A DNA stretch of 63,276 bases, filler included, from Circinaria calcarea (lineage: Eukaryota), in NCBI GenBank assembly GCA_051942165.1. It is 18 parts of 18 records of this genome, joined end to end, with 100 filler letters (N's around TTAATTAATTAA, not from the genome) between each part and the next. Parts side by side here need not be neighbours in the genome. Positions count along the whole stretch, not along the records: positions 1 to 3,429 come from JAVECS010002832.1; positions 3,530 to 6,957 come from JAVECS010002833.1; positions 7,058 to 10,484 come from JAVECS010002834.1; positions 10,585 to 14,011 come from JAVECS010002835.1; 14 more parts are not named here. One strand, 5' to 3'. A program made the position numbers and the translations under genes. Positions 1 to 13,180 of the stretch are shown in pieces. Numbering within the stretch: the stretch's first letter is position 1; the number at the start of each line of letters is the position of its first letter. The notes under the pieces are model-generated. The model searched no databases, was not told where the DNA came from, and saw nothing but the letters and a program-made list of their open reading frames with translations.

Positions 1-500
1 CCCCCCCGGTCACTCAAAAAGTCCCATCATGCCCATTCTCCATTCTCCAAATCCAAACCTTTGCCAAAAAAAAACAAAAAAAAAAGAAGTCTCCCCAACC
101 CCCCCCTTTTTCTTGGCTCCTGAAAGATTCGAGAAATGGAGGAGGAAAGCGGGGAGGAAATCGGGGAGAGAGGAAAGCAGGGTGAGAGGAAGAGGAGGAA
201 GAGACTGAGGGGATTTGTAAGAGTTTTTTTTTTTCAAAAAAAAAGAGAAAGAAAGAAAAAAGGGGGGGACAGACAAGGGAAGAGAAAGGGGAAGGGGAAG
301 CACCTCTACGTATACGTATACGTATACATATCTGTTTCTGTCTATATCTCTGATTCTGATTCTCGCGAGATGAGATGAGAAGAGAAGAGAAGGGAAGGAA
401 AATCCTAGTGTTGAGAATGAGAGAAATGTACATAGTAGGAGGGGTTGGTCCAGTATGAGAGAAGTGTAGGAGGGGTTGGGGTGGGGGAGGAGGAGGCCCC
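1..500. repeat. Low-complexity purine-rich tract with homopolymers and a short (TACGTA)n run
   Basis: A/G-rich tracts, poly-A/T/G/C runs and tacgtatacgtatacgtatac at about 307-327. It lies downstream of the kinase gene. Confidence 0.6.
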
Positions 501-1114
501 TCGAAATTAATTGTCAAATTCATGTGGACCAAAGAAAACTTTAGGGTCGGCAGAGGATCTGGACATCAAGTTCATTCACAAAGACTGCAAGTCTTAGTTC
601 TTGGTTTTGCATTGGATTTAATTCATGGAAGGCGACTATGCACTGTGTAGTATCTAAAGAGAAGACACCTAGGTCTTTGCAATGGTTAAAGGTACACCAA
701 AGTACCTCACCAGAGCGTTACCTACAATGCATAATGCACCCATGCCATGCATGATGCGAGTTGCCGAGTTTCCTCCATCTTTTTCTCGGCTTGGACAGAT
801 AATGAGGCCATACAGAAGAGTTGATCGTGAACTATCCTGTAGAATCTTCTGCCGTGCAAGCGTGTCTGTCATTAGCCAACCTGGGCTGATGATGTGAATT
901 TCTAGTCTTCTTCTTTTTCAAATCCGTTCGCCATGGAACTGAGCTTACGCCTGTAGATGCAAGGTCGGGGAATAATGCCAGTTGGGAAAAAAAGGTCCCG
1001 GGTTCTAGATGCAGCCAATCTCATATCAAAGAAAAGCAGTGATGCAGATTCTCGACCAAGAGGAAATCTGAAGATAAGCAAACGTAATCGTGTATGCAGT
1101 GAGGATTTGTTAGA

Positions 1115-3429
1115 TCAGGACCCCTTGAAAGCATCGAAGCGTTTAAAGGTGTAGCCGATAAAGGGAAGAGCCATCTCCGCCTCGTGTTCGTCCCCAATGG
1201 CCTGCGTCTGTGCTTTCCATTGAGCGCTGTGATCGCTCTGGTCGATATCTTCAATGGGAAAGTATGAAACGTCGACCTCGGAGTGGAGCCTTGGCTCGAA
1301 AGGAGCGCGGATGTCACGGAGTCTATCCCAGACCACACCGCGGAAGAAAAGGTGGTTCTTGATTTCCGAAGCGCCCATAGCACCGCCTTCGTGGCCAAGA
1401 CGATTGGGTGCGTCGCAAAGGAGGCTAAGAGGAAGGTTAAGTCCGTAACCGAAAACTAGAGATCATAGGATATGAAGTTTACCTTCGAATGAGATGCTCT
1501 GCTTCACGTCCAAGAGGGATATCCTCAGGGAAGTACAATGTTTGCTGCCAATCGACAATCTTACGGTACCTATGGTGATGTTAGACAAATCATGGATCAG
1601 GTATAGAATGAGCAATGGTATGGAGCATACGTATCATGTGGATCCTCGGCGCAGAAAGGAGGCCAGCCTATGAGACATTCAAACATGATTGCTCCTACTG
1701 ACCACCAATCGCAACTGAACCCATAGCCTTGGCCGGTGAAGATCTCAGGAGCAATATAATCTGGGGTTCCAACAGTAGAATAGGCCATTACGCGACGAGA
1801 CTTTCGCCAGGTATTGATTTGACCACGATTGCTAACGGTCAAGTTGATTTGATCCAAAGAAACCGAATTCCGATTGTCGCGGTTTTTATTGGATGTCCCT
1901 TTGAGCAATTGCTGATAGTAAGAGCCTTCATGTTGCTTGCGAAATCCGGTGGACAGACCGAAATCCGTAAGCTTGATATGTCCGCCTTTATCGAGGAGAA
2001 TGTTATCAGGCTTGATATCACTATATTGTTGATTAGTAATGCAGGTCCGACGGCGAAGTAAACGTAAAATACAAAGGTGCTCGATTTTCGAAGCCGTTTC
2101 AAGTGCCTTCACCACACACGGTAGGAGAAAGCACGTTACGGCCACGCCAGGATAAAATGGCTTAGGTGAAGGTGTGAAGATACAAAGAAGAAAAACGCTC
2201 CCCTCTAGGAGTGACTTACCGATGAATAAAGCCAAGCTTGTGGACTGCTTCAATTGCCAGTAAGATTTCGGCCATATAGAAGCGAGTTATGTCCTCTGAA
2301 AAGATCTCATACTTGATGAGCATTGTCATGAGATCTCCTCCCGGTAAGAACTCCATCAACATGTACAGAAAAGTCGGATCTTGAAACGTGGTGTGCAGCT
2401 TCACAACCCAAGGACTATCCGACTGTGCCAAAACGTCACGCTCTGCACGTACGTGTGCGAGTTGGTCCTTTTTAAACATTTCCGTCTTCACCAAGCACTT
2501 GAGTGCATAAATCCTACTGTCTGACTTGCGTTGTACGAGCTTCACTTCCCCGAACGCACCTTTGCCGATCACTTTGAGGGTGGTGAAATTCTTCGTCGAT
2601 TCCTTGGTGCGTAGAAGTCGGAGATATGAAATCTCCGCCTTCCAAACCTTGTCCATCTCCTTTTTTTTCTTCTGTTCAGGGTTTTGCGGGTTACTCAGAA
2701 TCACCTCAAGCTGCTTCGCACTGCATACAAATCATTAGCTCGCCCTTGTGGTTTCATAATTTTTAATCTACTACTCCTCCTGACAAAGGTGGACGCGTAC
2801 CGGGTATTACGCTCTCTAGCACGATCAATGTTGTCTCTAAAGAAAGATTCCACAAAAACATGAAGGCCCGCACCGCGCTTTGAAACGTTGGACGAGTATT
2901 TCTCAGGGTTCTTCCCAGGAGGCTCTTGGGACACAGCAGACTGTGCCTCCTTGGTTGAAGATGTTCCCGCTGTCAAGCGACTTCCATACGATTGTTGACT
3001 GATGGGACCTGCGGGACGTGACGGTTGACTGGGTGAGGGATGACGGCCAAAGGGGCTTCCTTGACGCTGCCCAGCTCCAAGGTTCTGGTTCGAGAATTGG
3101 TGGGCGAGACCGGTAGTAGGGTCATGGGTATTGTATCCACCTTGGCGCTGGGAGTAGGACGGTTGTGATGACGATGGAAGGTTGGCTTGCTGGTACTGAT
3201 TCGAGTACTGACCCTGCTGCTGCTGTGGGCCATATTGCTGCTGGAACGCATGGTTGATGAAATATCCGCCGCCGCCGTTACCATACGCAGCTGCTGCGGT
3301 GGGACTCTGGACCGAGGCACCCAGATAGTCGTTGGAAGCCTGCACCGCTGGGTTCTGAAAGACGGGCTGCGGGAAGGTGGAAGGAGTGGTCGGGTACACA
3401 CGGTTGTTGGACGCCTCATAGGTACGATC
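1115..3429 (-). CDS. cot1: NDR/LATS-family Ser/Thr kinase COT-1/CBK1 (5'-partial, spliced)
   Basis: N-terminal [13 protein letters not shown] and Q-rich region. Kinase motifs [48 protein letters not shown], and C-terminal hydrophobic motif [14 protein letters not shown] introns at 2800-2721, 2219-2021, 1630-1570 and 1482-1425 restore the frame. Confidence 0.96.
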
Positions 3430-3529
3430 NNNNNNNNNNNNNNNNNNNNNNNNNNNNNNNNNNNNNNNNNNNNTTAATTAATTAANNNNNNNNNNNNNNN
3501 NNNNNNNNNNNNNNNNNNNNNNNNNNNNN
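3430..3529. other. Artificial contig linker N44-TTAATTAATTAA-N44 (first of 17)
   Basis: Identical 100-bp spacer with stops in all six frames. It also occurs at 6958-7057, 10485-10584, 14012-14111, 17537-17636, 21062-21161, 24586-24685, 28110-28209, 31634-31733, 35153-35252, 38671-38770, 42189-42288, 45706-45805, 49222-49321, 52738-52837, 56253-56352 and 59768-59867. Intervening contig lengths never increase (3428, 3427, 3427, 3425 ... 3415). Confidence 0.99.
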
Positions 3530-4784
3530 AAAAGGCCACTTGCTAACAGAACTATGGAGGGTGCCCAAGTACACATAGATCTAGCGGTAGTATCCGCAGA
3601 GGGTGAAGCACACCATGCATTCACGCAAGCGATTCAGCTCATAAGGAGGGCTACAGCGATCCCGAGTTTCCCGATCCCAAGTTCGCTTCGGGGGTGAGAC
3701 AGCAATTACCACCAATCCGACGAATCGCCGCAGTCTTGCTGATAATCAACAGATATCTTGAAAAATACGAACGGTATATTTGAACCGAGATGTCTAAGAT
3801 AATGTGTTTATCTTTGTCTAGACCGTCGAGGTGAACATTTTCCTTTGCAGCATCCTAAACCTAGCGGCACTGTTACGAAGCTGTGTCCTCGCACTCTCGA
3901 TTTCGATACCTAGGAGCATCCGAATCCATGGTGGGAGATCGAGGTTATGTAAGCCTTGATGCAGCATCTAGTCGATAGGCGAGCCATGTGCTTGCACACT
4001 ACCTACATGAATGAACAATTGCAAAGTTATGTTGAGAGCATTTCATATGATCATATACATGTACCATATTGACTGACTACCTCTATCTTTCTATCCTCGA
4101 CTGGACACATCCAAATCAATTGAACACAAGGCGATTCCCGCACATCTCGGACCATAACCGTCTGGGCACAGATTGATATAGCGCTTTCCTTATCATAGTC
4201 TGATCCGGACCGCCGTTGCTGCGGCGTAGAACAGATTGATTTTGCGTTTAGAGGATTTGACGTTTTGTCGAAGCAAGCGGGTTAAAAAGGTACCACTGGT
4301 AGACAAACGGCGTGCCAAAGCTTGCCCATTAACTGCTGTGGTCGCAGGTACCATAGCCGTTAGTGCGCTTTTCGACAGACCTTTGTATCCTCGGCCGAAA
4401 CAGCATAAATCCCAAGGGAAAGGGAGGTTTGATATTCAGGATATCCTCCAGTGCCTGCTCCAGTTTTGTGTCTAAAATCTCCGATGTGGTTGATGCTTTT
4501 TATGATTGTTGCGAAAGACCGCGCTAACATGTATTGTGCCTGCAACCACACAGTACGGAGTAAGGTTATTTTATTCCGCTTGTTACATTAGCTGCCGTGC
4601 CAATCATCGGCTACATCACAATTCGAGCAGTGCCCCCCCCATCCTGCCCCACCATTCCATTTGATACGAGTCGATTGTCTGCCATTTTTCTCTCCGCCCA
4701 ACTACCACATCGCAAAAGCTGTGATTGACTGCTACTCCATTGAACGTATCTACCAATTCAGATTGACACTGATTGACCGGCAAG

Positions 4785-6957
4785 ATGGGGTATACCAAGG
4801 ACGACGAGCTTGCGATCAATACCATTCGACTCCTTGCCGTAAATATCCCCCACCACCTACTTCAATCCGTCCTGCAGCTTCATTGTTAACAACCCATCCT
4901 TTTGAAGCTGATGATGATTGATTCACTAGGTCGATGCCACCATCAAAGCAAATTCCGGTCATCCCGGTGCACCTATGGGGATGGCGCCGGTGGCTCACGT
5001 TCTCTTCAACAAGTTCATGACCTTCAACCCGAAAAACGCAGATTGGGTCAACCGCGATCGATTTGTTCTGTCGTGAGTGTTAACTTCTCAATCATCATTC
5101 TAAGACGTATTGCTCGCTTCCCTAGACACCTACCAGAGTCCGGGGGAGGATGTTTTTCTGTGTTATGCCGTCGATGAGGGAATAAATACTAAATCATAAT
5201 CCAACCCAGGAATGGTCACGGATGCATGCTTCAGTATGCTCTTTTGCACCTGTTTGGCTACAATCTCTCAATGGATGACTTGAAAGCCTTCCGTGTACGT
5301 ATGCTAGAATGCTGGTTGAAGAAAGAGGTGGAGAGCTAATTATCTACTTGGAATACCCTAGCAAGTGGATAGCAAAACCCCGGGTCATCCTGAGGCCCAA
5401 GAGGTAGCTGGCATTGAAGTGACGACCGGGCCCCTCGGCCAGGGATTTGCCAACGCAGTTGGCCTCGCTATCGCGCAAGCCCATACTGCCGCCGTATTCA
5501 ATAAGCCCGGCTTCGATTTGATCACCAATCACACGTACTGCTTTTTCGGGGATGGTTGCGCAATGGAGGGTATCGCTAGTGAGGCTGCAAGTACAGCAGG
5601 TCACTTGCAATTGGGAAACCTTATCATGATCTACGATGACAATCACATATCAATTGGTAAGAAACATGACAATGCTTTCATTAGATCCAGCAAGCTGATC
5701 CGTAAAAAATATTCAGACGGGAATACAGATTGTGCATTCACAGAGGATGTGATGAAGCGCTTCGAGGCTTATGGATGGCATACACAATGGGTCGAGGATG
5801 GTGATACCGACCTGGAGGGTATCGAAAAAGCCATTGCCAAGGCCAAAGAGGTGAAAGACAAACCTTCGATGATTAAGCTTACTACCACTATTGGCTTCGG
5901 ATCGAAGCTCCAGGGGACTGGAGGGGTGCATGGCAACCCTTTGAAGGTGGAGGATGCTCAAAATGTCAAGAAGAAGTTTGGCTTCGACCCAGACCAGTCG
6001 TTTGTGGTACCCCAGAAGGTCTACGACATGTACCACGCTCATGCTGCCGAGGGAGCTGCGGCGGAACAGGAGTGGAGTAAGATGTTCGAGAAGTATGCGA
6101 GCGAGTACAAGGAAGAGCATGCAGAGTTGTGCCGAAGATTGAGCGGCAAATTGCCCGAAGGCTGGCAGACGAAATTACCAACCTACAAACCAAGTGACAA
6201 GGCCATCGCTTCGCGGAAATTGTCAGAAGCTGTGCTGGAAGCTATTCACGACGTGGTACCAGATCTTGTTGGTGGTTCAGCGGATTTGACTGGATCTAAT
6301 AACACTCGGTGGAAAGACGCCGTTGACTTCCAGCCTCCTAGTCTTAAACTCGGCGATGCCAATTACGCTGGCAGATACATTCGTTACGGTGTGCGTGAAC
6401 ACGGTATGGCCGGTATCATGAACGGGCTTGCTGCTTATGGCACCATCATCCCATTTGGAGGTACCTTTTTGAATTTCGTATCCTACGCCGGCGGATCCGT
6501 CCGCTTATCAGCTCTTTCCCATTGCCGTGTCATTTACGTTGCCACCCACGACTCTATCGGCTTGGGTGAAGATGGACCAACGCATCAACCCATCGAGACC
6601 TTGGCGCATTTCCGTGCTCTACCCAATTGTATGGTCTGGCGTCCTGCCGATGGCAATGAGACAAGTGCGGCATACTACGTCGCGCTCACGTCGAAATCGA
6701 CGCCGAGTATCATCGCCTTGACCCGCCAAAATCTGCCCCAATTGGAGAACTCTACGCTCGAGAATGCTATCAAAGGCGGTTATGTGTCCGTCGAGGCTGA
6801 AAACGCCGACATCACTCTAGTCAGTACTGGTTCCGAAGTCAGCATTTGTATCGATACCGTCAAATATCTCAAAGACAATCACAATGTCACTGCTCGTGTT
6901 GTATCTATACCATGCTTCGAGGTCTTTGATACGCAGAGCAAAGAATACCGCCTAAAG
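4785..6957 (+). CDS. TKL1: Transketolase (3'-partial, spliced)
   Basis: [58 protein letters not shown], ThDP motif GDGCAMEG...[28 protein letters not shown]. Introns at 4839-4929, 5073-5209, about 5295-5361 and 5657-5716. Confidence 0.97.
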
Positions 6958-7057
6958 NNNNNNNNNNNNNNNNNNNNNNNNNNNNNNNNNNNNNNNNNNN
7001 NTTAATTAATTAANNNNNNNNNNNNNNNNNNNNNNNNNNNNNNNNNNNNNNNNNNNN

Positions 7058-7364
7058 TCGCGAAATCGCTTCTGATCCACAACGACAACGACAAGGGATC
7101 GGCCGTATGCTGGTGAAGTGGGCCCAAGACGCAGCGCTGAAGGAGAGAGCCTGCTTGGGTACCTTCGCACCGTATGCGATGAGGAAGTTCTTGCAAGGCG
7201 TCGGATTCTGGGAACAAGGAGGTTATGAGTTGAGGATGGGGGGTTGCCAGCCCGGAGGCGCGTTGGGAGGAATACGCAGGGCTGTCTGGGTTAGCTCGCA
7301 CTTGGTTGATCTCCGTGGGCGACGTGTTCTGGAGGAAGGTGTGTCCCAGGTAGTACAGTTATAG
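7058..7364 (+). CDS. GNAT-family N-acetyltransferase, C-terminal fragment
   Basis: The frame from the contig edge reads REIASDPQRQRQGIGRMLVKWAQDAA, an acetyl-CoA-binding motif A (Q/RxxGxG), followed by RKFLQGVGF resembling motif B. Confidence 0.65.
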
Positions 7365-8312
7365 GTGTTATGTTTGGATATGACATGGAAGTGAATCATT
7401 CTGTGATCGGCTGACCGTCCCGACATCAATTGCCTGAACAGGACACACAAAAAAGCTGCCTTTTGCTCTATAAAGCCACTGGAGCTTGATAAACAGAAAG
7501 AAAACTATGTGCTCGGAAAACCCCCTTTCGACATCTTTTGGAAAACGATATGGCAATCCCCCCCAGTACCTTTGCACCTCCTACATGTCGTTCCCTGTAT
7601 TGACTAAAATTGCCGCCAATTGCAACCTTTCCCAGATGACTCGGTCGAGGACAGCGCCTAGGTGATGTCCACTCTAATACAGTGGCACGGCTTTATTCCT
7701 CCCTTTTGCTAGAAGGACCACCAACTACGCAACCCGTGTCTCCCTCGAATTCTAGCAGCTATGGTAAGGTTTTGATTTCCCACCTCTCCATCTACGCTTC
7801 CGTCCAGTTCGTAGGATATGGAGTGGATACAATGTGAATAAAATATATACTCGAATAGGGACGTTTTGGTTCAGTGGAAAGTTCATTATTTACATACCAG
7901 CCCCTATCGTCACGGTTTCGACTTTAGGGCATTCGCATCACGGACCCCTTCTGGACGGGGGGAATATTGGCCCGCTTTTCGCCCTACAACCGGTCCGTGC
8001 AATTTTCTAGCAACATAACCTCCAAATTTGTGGGACCTCTCCAACATTGGTGGTTGTATACCCGAACTCTAGGCTGGGGGGGTCAGTAACTACATGTTGG
8101 GGGAAATTCAGGGTTGCAAACTTATTCGTCAAGCGTGTGACGGCTTACGGGTTTACCTTCGAGGCCATCCACGAGGTTGATTTTCAAGTTTTGCCTTGAG
8201 AAAGTAGCGGGCTTGGTACACAGGAATTTCAGACACACAGGCCTGTATCGCTGCATTGTGTTTTTTTGGTTTCATTGACATATCTCTATCCAGGAAAGAG
8301 TCATGCAGTTCG

Positions 8313-10484
8313 TCAATCAACGATAATTCCCGACATGTATCTTGTCAACAACTGGGTGAACTGCTCCCTAATAGCCTTTATGGATTCCTCCAGCGATTTT
8401 CCAGTAAACACAACATGTGATTCCTGGGCGTAGAAGCCGATGGCTGCATATCGCATCGCAGGACAACCATGGCTATGAACGACGACAATTTGTGAGTGCT
8501 GAAAAGGCTGGGAGATGATATCGGTCTGGAATTGCTCTTCCGTTACGTCAAAAATGGATTCGGGGGTTTCGGTTGCTGGATCCAATGGAGTAGGCCTTCT
8601 TCTTTCACAGAACTGTCTCGACAAAGCCATCCTAGGGCCAAAATTCCCGCATTTATTTGCTCGAGCTCGAAGGAGGTTACCTTCAGCTTCAGCAGGGTTG
8701 AACGTTCCAACAACAATTCCATCGCAGCGAGCAACCATGACTACTTTGTTGAGTCGACCATCGGTTGTGCTCATCTTAGCGTGGACTGACCAACCTTTTT
8801 GAGGACGTTTCCGCATAAGTTGCTGTGTGGGATTCTGGCAGGATTGGAACTGAATACCAGCTGTATCACCGGCCCAGAGCTCGCCACTCTGATTGGGAAG
8901 AAGACCTATAACAGGCAACGCAACAATGGCAAAGCGGACAATTTCCTCTGGATCATCCGACGGCTTAAGCAGTGGTAAGACACCACTGAGATATTATCCA
9001 ACAGGGCCATTAAGCCATTGCTACCTCTTTCCAACTTCTGTGCAGTATTGTCTGGCTCGTAAGTATGCCTGCCGCAATACATCACTGCGAGTACTCTCAA
9101 CAGATCGACTTTGGTAGCGGTCTCCGCGTAAGTACTCTTCATCTGGAGCTTCATTGTGAACCTCCTTAGCATTTGCATTAGGTAAACATCTCTTAATCCC
9201 CAAACACTGTAAAAGTATACCTGATCCGGGACGAACTCCATAGAGACCCATGGTTCAAGTAATTTGTACCAGTATCCGAATACTAAAGATTGATAACTGA
9301 GAAACAGGTCTATTTGCTGTTCCGTAAGTGGAGATTTCAACTCTTCAACACGTAATGTCCTGTTTGCACAGCCCATGAGCCACTTCTGTAGCGACTCTGG
9401 GGTATAGCTCATTAGATCATTGAGTGCGCTCATTACAGTTTCGGAATCGACGGGGAAATGCGTGCCGGCCAAGACTAACAGTATTCCATCCCAACGTGAG
9501 ACGCATTCATCGTAGTTCCGCACATCATATAAAACTCCCAGGGTTCTCAATGGCGCCATCGCCCTGAGCGCCACCTTCGCACCGGCCAGCTCCCCAAGGG
9601 CCCAAAACTTGGCCATCTGGTTTTTAACGGCAACAGGGCGGGGGAAGGCCTCAATCATCTGCGAAGGATTACCGGACAGGTAAGATACCCGCTGCTGTGG
9701 AACCATGCCGTTCTCCGTATGAATTTTCAGGAAGTCCAGGTCCGACTCCACAATGTCAAAAAACTCCTGAGAACCTCCGACCTGGCCGACATATTGAATC
9801 GTAACTCGACCTTCTACGGTCTGTCCAGGTGGCCCAGTTTCAAGCTGTATACCTGCACAATGAAGAGCTTCTACCAGCGAATAGAGTGTTGCGGAGACCA
9901 GCCGATAATGATTTGTCTTACCGTCCATGAGCCATATTAAGAAATCACGAAGCTCCTGTTTCTCCCCTCGAGTAAGCGGAGGAATGGCAGTCGCTCGCGC
10001 TAAAGTAGATCTGCAATCCCTGATGGCAGCGGAGAGATGTGCGACCATACCTCTTACGCTGGCGAAAGACCGCCAAGACTCAATGTTTGTTTGAAGCTGC
10101 ATCTGAAAGGATTCAGTAAGATCCTGGACGTCATCTCTTTGCAATAGCGTAACAAAAACCCCGATGAGTAAGTCACGGGTATCGTTTGTCGGAAGACAGA
10201 CGTCAAGCACCGTCACAAGTGCTACCATAAGCCACGAAAAGTTTCCGAGTTGATCACCAGCGTCGTCCCTCGAGACTGCGTTGTCTTGAACAATGTGGCC
10301 TTGGTGAATGACTTGCAGTTGACGTGACCACCGGTTATTCATTAAAGAGGTGTCGACTAAACCGCGACGCCTCAGCACAATACCGTAGTCTTCGGAGATT
10401 GACTCGAAGAGTTCCACATCATTTTGCTTCGCTCGTAACCAATTCCCAAACGTCCGGCCATGCTGAAGGAGTGCCCCAATATCC
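8313..10484 (-). CDS. Large hypothetical fungal protein (5'-partial, apparent 1-nt frameshift at about 8977)
   Basis: The 503-aa ORF stays open to the contig edge (DIGALLQHGRTFGNWLRAKQNDVELFE). Adding one T at GTG TCT [T]TA CCA joins it to the 201-aa ORF (SLPLLKPSDDPEEIVRFAIVALPVIG). No function recognised. Confidence 0.7.
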
Positions 10485-10584
10485 NNNNNNNNNNNNNNNN
10501 NNNNNNNNNNNNNNNNNNNNNNNNNNNNTTAATTAATTAANNNNNNNNNNNNNNNNNNNNNNNNNNNNNNNNNNNNNNNNNNNN

Positions 10585-11053
10585 AAGCAATAGGAGGGGT
10601 TGCGGCCTGTGAATGGATCGATGGAGATTGAGATCCGCTCTCTGGAGTCTGTCATCCATACTATCCAACGGGAGCAGTAGTCCTGAGTCATTCTTACATC
10701 TTGTAATCATCCCCTGCGAAAAGAGTTTCGACATCTTCACTCTTGGCGAAATAGGGCATGTTGCCTACGTAGAGTCGTCTACCCTCCGCTATGGCTTGCA
10801 GGGCAATGGGGTCATCCTTCTTGAACTGATAGGTATTGCCTTGCTCCCTGGGAGAATCTGGGTGTCTGGATTGTCCTCGGAAACCATCTTGCTGATCCGT
10901 TCCACGGTTACGGGTGTAAGCCTGTTTGGAAATTCCCGCTGATGCATTTGGCTTCAGAAACGATGCCTGTGAGTCCGCTGGCTTAACGCGCCAGTTGGTC
11001 GAGGCCCTTGCATTATCGCTTGAGTTTCCAGCATTCTGCATTGTGGGTGGCAT
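10585..11053 (-). CDS. RRM RNA-binding protein (3'-partial)
   Basis: RNP2 motif RLYVGNMPY. After a GTAAGA...CAG intron it reads IERISISIDPFTGRNPSYCF (RNP1). Confidence 0.85.
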
Positions 11054-12350
11054 GGAAGGCTTTAGCAGTTTGCCTCTGGTAACTAATATTACTTGAAGAT
11101 ATTATCATCAGCTAATTCTAAAATGCTGAGAAAAGCACCACGACTGTGTTCATTTTCCAGTACGTAGCTACTTGTCTCCACTTTGCACTTTTGAGATATT
11201 TATTTCCCCTGCAAACTCTGCAGAGTCCAAGAAAGAACGGAGGCTAACATTTTTCGGACGGAAGATCAGGGTCCCTACTACTACTATTAGGCTCATCGCA
11301 GCCGAACGTCCGGCTCGCTAACGGGCAGCACAGTGCCTCGACCTTAGAAACCTTAAAATCCCCCAGTTAGAAGTACCATAGAGTACTTCGTAGCTTACTT
11401 CTGAATCAAACAGCAACGCGTGCTTTTACGCCTTTTTAAGCCAACAATCTGTCTGCAGTAAGCGCTATTGGCCATACAAATCAGACTTCACACCGATCAA
11501 CTGCCAAAATCATTCGGGTCAAACTTCCATATACCTACCTTCCCCAATCCCAGACCTGGCACAGACGCACTGGAGTCCATTATGCCAGTTGGCGGGATCC
11601 AGTGAGTGGTGGGAGATATATCCACCATCCCACTCATTTATGGCCCTTCGGGCCGGAATTTAATATACACCTTGCCTGAAGCCTTAACACTCTCACTTCC
11701 AGCCGAATGCTATGCACCCTTTACAAGTCATAAATACTTGAGTCCCTCGTATCACGGCTTCCACAGCAGGGCGTTGACAAGAAATACTCGTGGGGAACCA
11801 GTTAAAGATTTCAGACACGCTGTATAAAACTACGACGCGACAAACAATAGAGAGCGGATACCAATTGTCAAAGCATTTAATTTCCGGGAAGAGTTCGTTT
11901 TAACAGAATATCATGGAGTATGAATTGGCTGAATCGGTCTGTAGCGAGTGACAGGAACATTGATCGCTTAGAAGTAAAACTTCGATGGGAAGGCAAGGCG
12001 ATAAATTAGGTAATTAAAATATAACCCTTCGGTGGGAACCGAAGCCCCCTAGGGAGTTCCCGTGGTAGCATGCAACGGCGCGGCTGAACCAATTAGGACT
12101 AGTAAAATAGTAAACACGATCTCCTCCGTGACTCCGTACTTCGTATCTCTTACCCAATTTCACTCCTTTTTTTCAACACATAAAGATTGAACTCCATTTA
12201 CCCACGCTCTTTCTTGTATCTTGATTTCGTCGGCACGTACATAGGTCATTCGTTTAACAGACTCACGTCTCTCACGCCTTACATCTAAGCCTCACCAAAT
12301 ACATACTTTCGTTTACGCTCGTGTCAATACTTCAAGGAAATAATTTCAAG

Positions 12351-13180
12351 ATGCAATACTCCATCATTCTCTCCGCGCTCTGCGCCTCTGCTGCTTTGGG
12401 TATGGCTACTCTAACTTGATGTTAACCGCCATGTATTAACCAGAATTTAGCCGTCAATGTCACCCAGCCCGATGAAAACACTACTTGGTCTCCTACTGAT
12501 GGTAACACTATCAAATGGGACTCCGTCAGGTAAACATCTCTCCATCTATTCCCACCTTCCCATCCCAAGACTGACTCCGATTGTCATACAGCACTGACCC
12601 CACCTCTCTCAACATCGTTCTCGTAAACAACAACGTCAATCCTTCGGTCCTTGAAACCGTTGCCTCGAACGTCAAGACCTCTGACGGCTCCTATAATGTT
12701 GATAGCTTGAAGGGAGTCGCCGGCGAAGGTTACCAGATTAACCTCATCTCCACCGATCCCAACAAGTCCATCCTCGCCCAGTCACGCCCGTTCACTCTCT
12801 CCAATGAGGCTGAGTCGTCCAGCTCGTCCGTGTCTTCTGCTTCTACTGCCTCTACTGCCTCTACAGCCTCCACAGATTCTACCGCCTCTACCGCCTCTAC
12901 AGCCTCTACAGCCTCAGGTTAGTCCTCATTCTCGTCGCCGTGATTGTGTTTAAAGAGATATTGCAAACATGTGTGATCGTGTCCAACTTGCTGACGGTAA
13001 AATATAGCATCTGCCACTGCCTCTGTGTCTTCCACGCTCTCTTCGTCGGTATCCGCAGCCTTGGCATCTTCAACTTCCGCTGCCGCCTCCGCCTCCGCCT
13101 CAGCCACCGGCGCTGCCAACTTTAATGCAGTCAGCGTAGCCGGTCTTGGATTAGGCGGTTTGCTCGCTCTCTTCGTATAA
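12351..13180 (+). CDS. Ser/Thr-rich GPI-anchored cell-wall protein (Kre9/Knh1-like N-terminal domain)
   Basis: Signal peptide MQYSIILSALCASAALA, then VNVTQP...IKWDSVSTDP...GYQINL...ILAQSRPF, STA repeats, and a GPI-signal-like end GAANFNAVSVAGLGLGGLLALFV*. Three GT-AG introns. Confidence 0.85.

Noticed and set aside
10..532. ORFs in the first 530 bp
   Set aside because: They are products of low-complexity purine/pyrimidine tracts with no protein-like content.
3474..3485. Periodic TTAATTAATTAA motif every ~3.5 kb as a biological repeat or CRISPR-like array
   Set aside because: It is always centred in a fixed N-run and is a six-frame-stop assembly linker.
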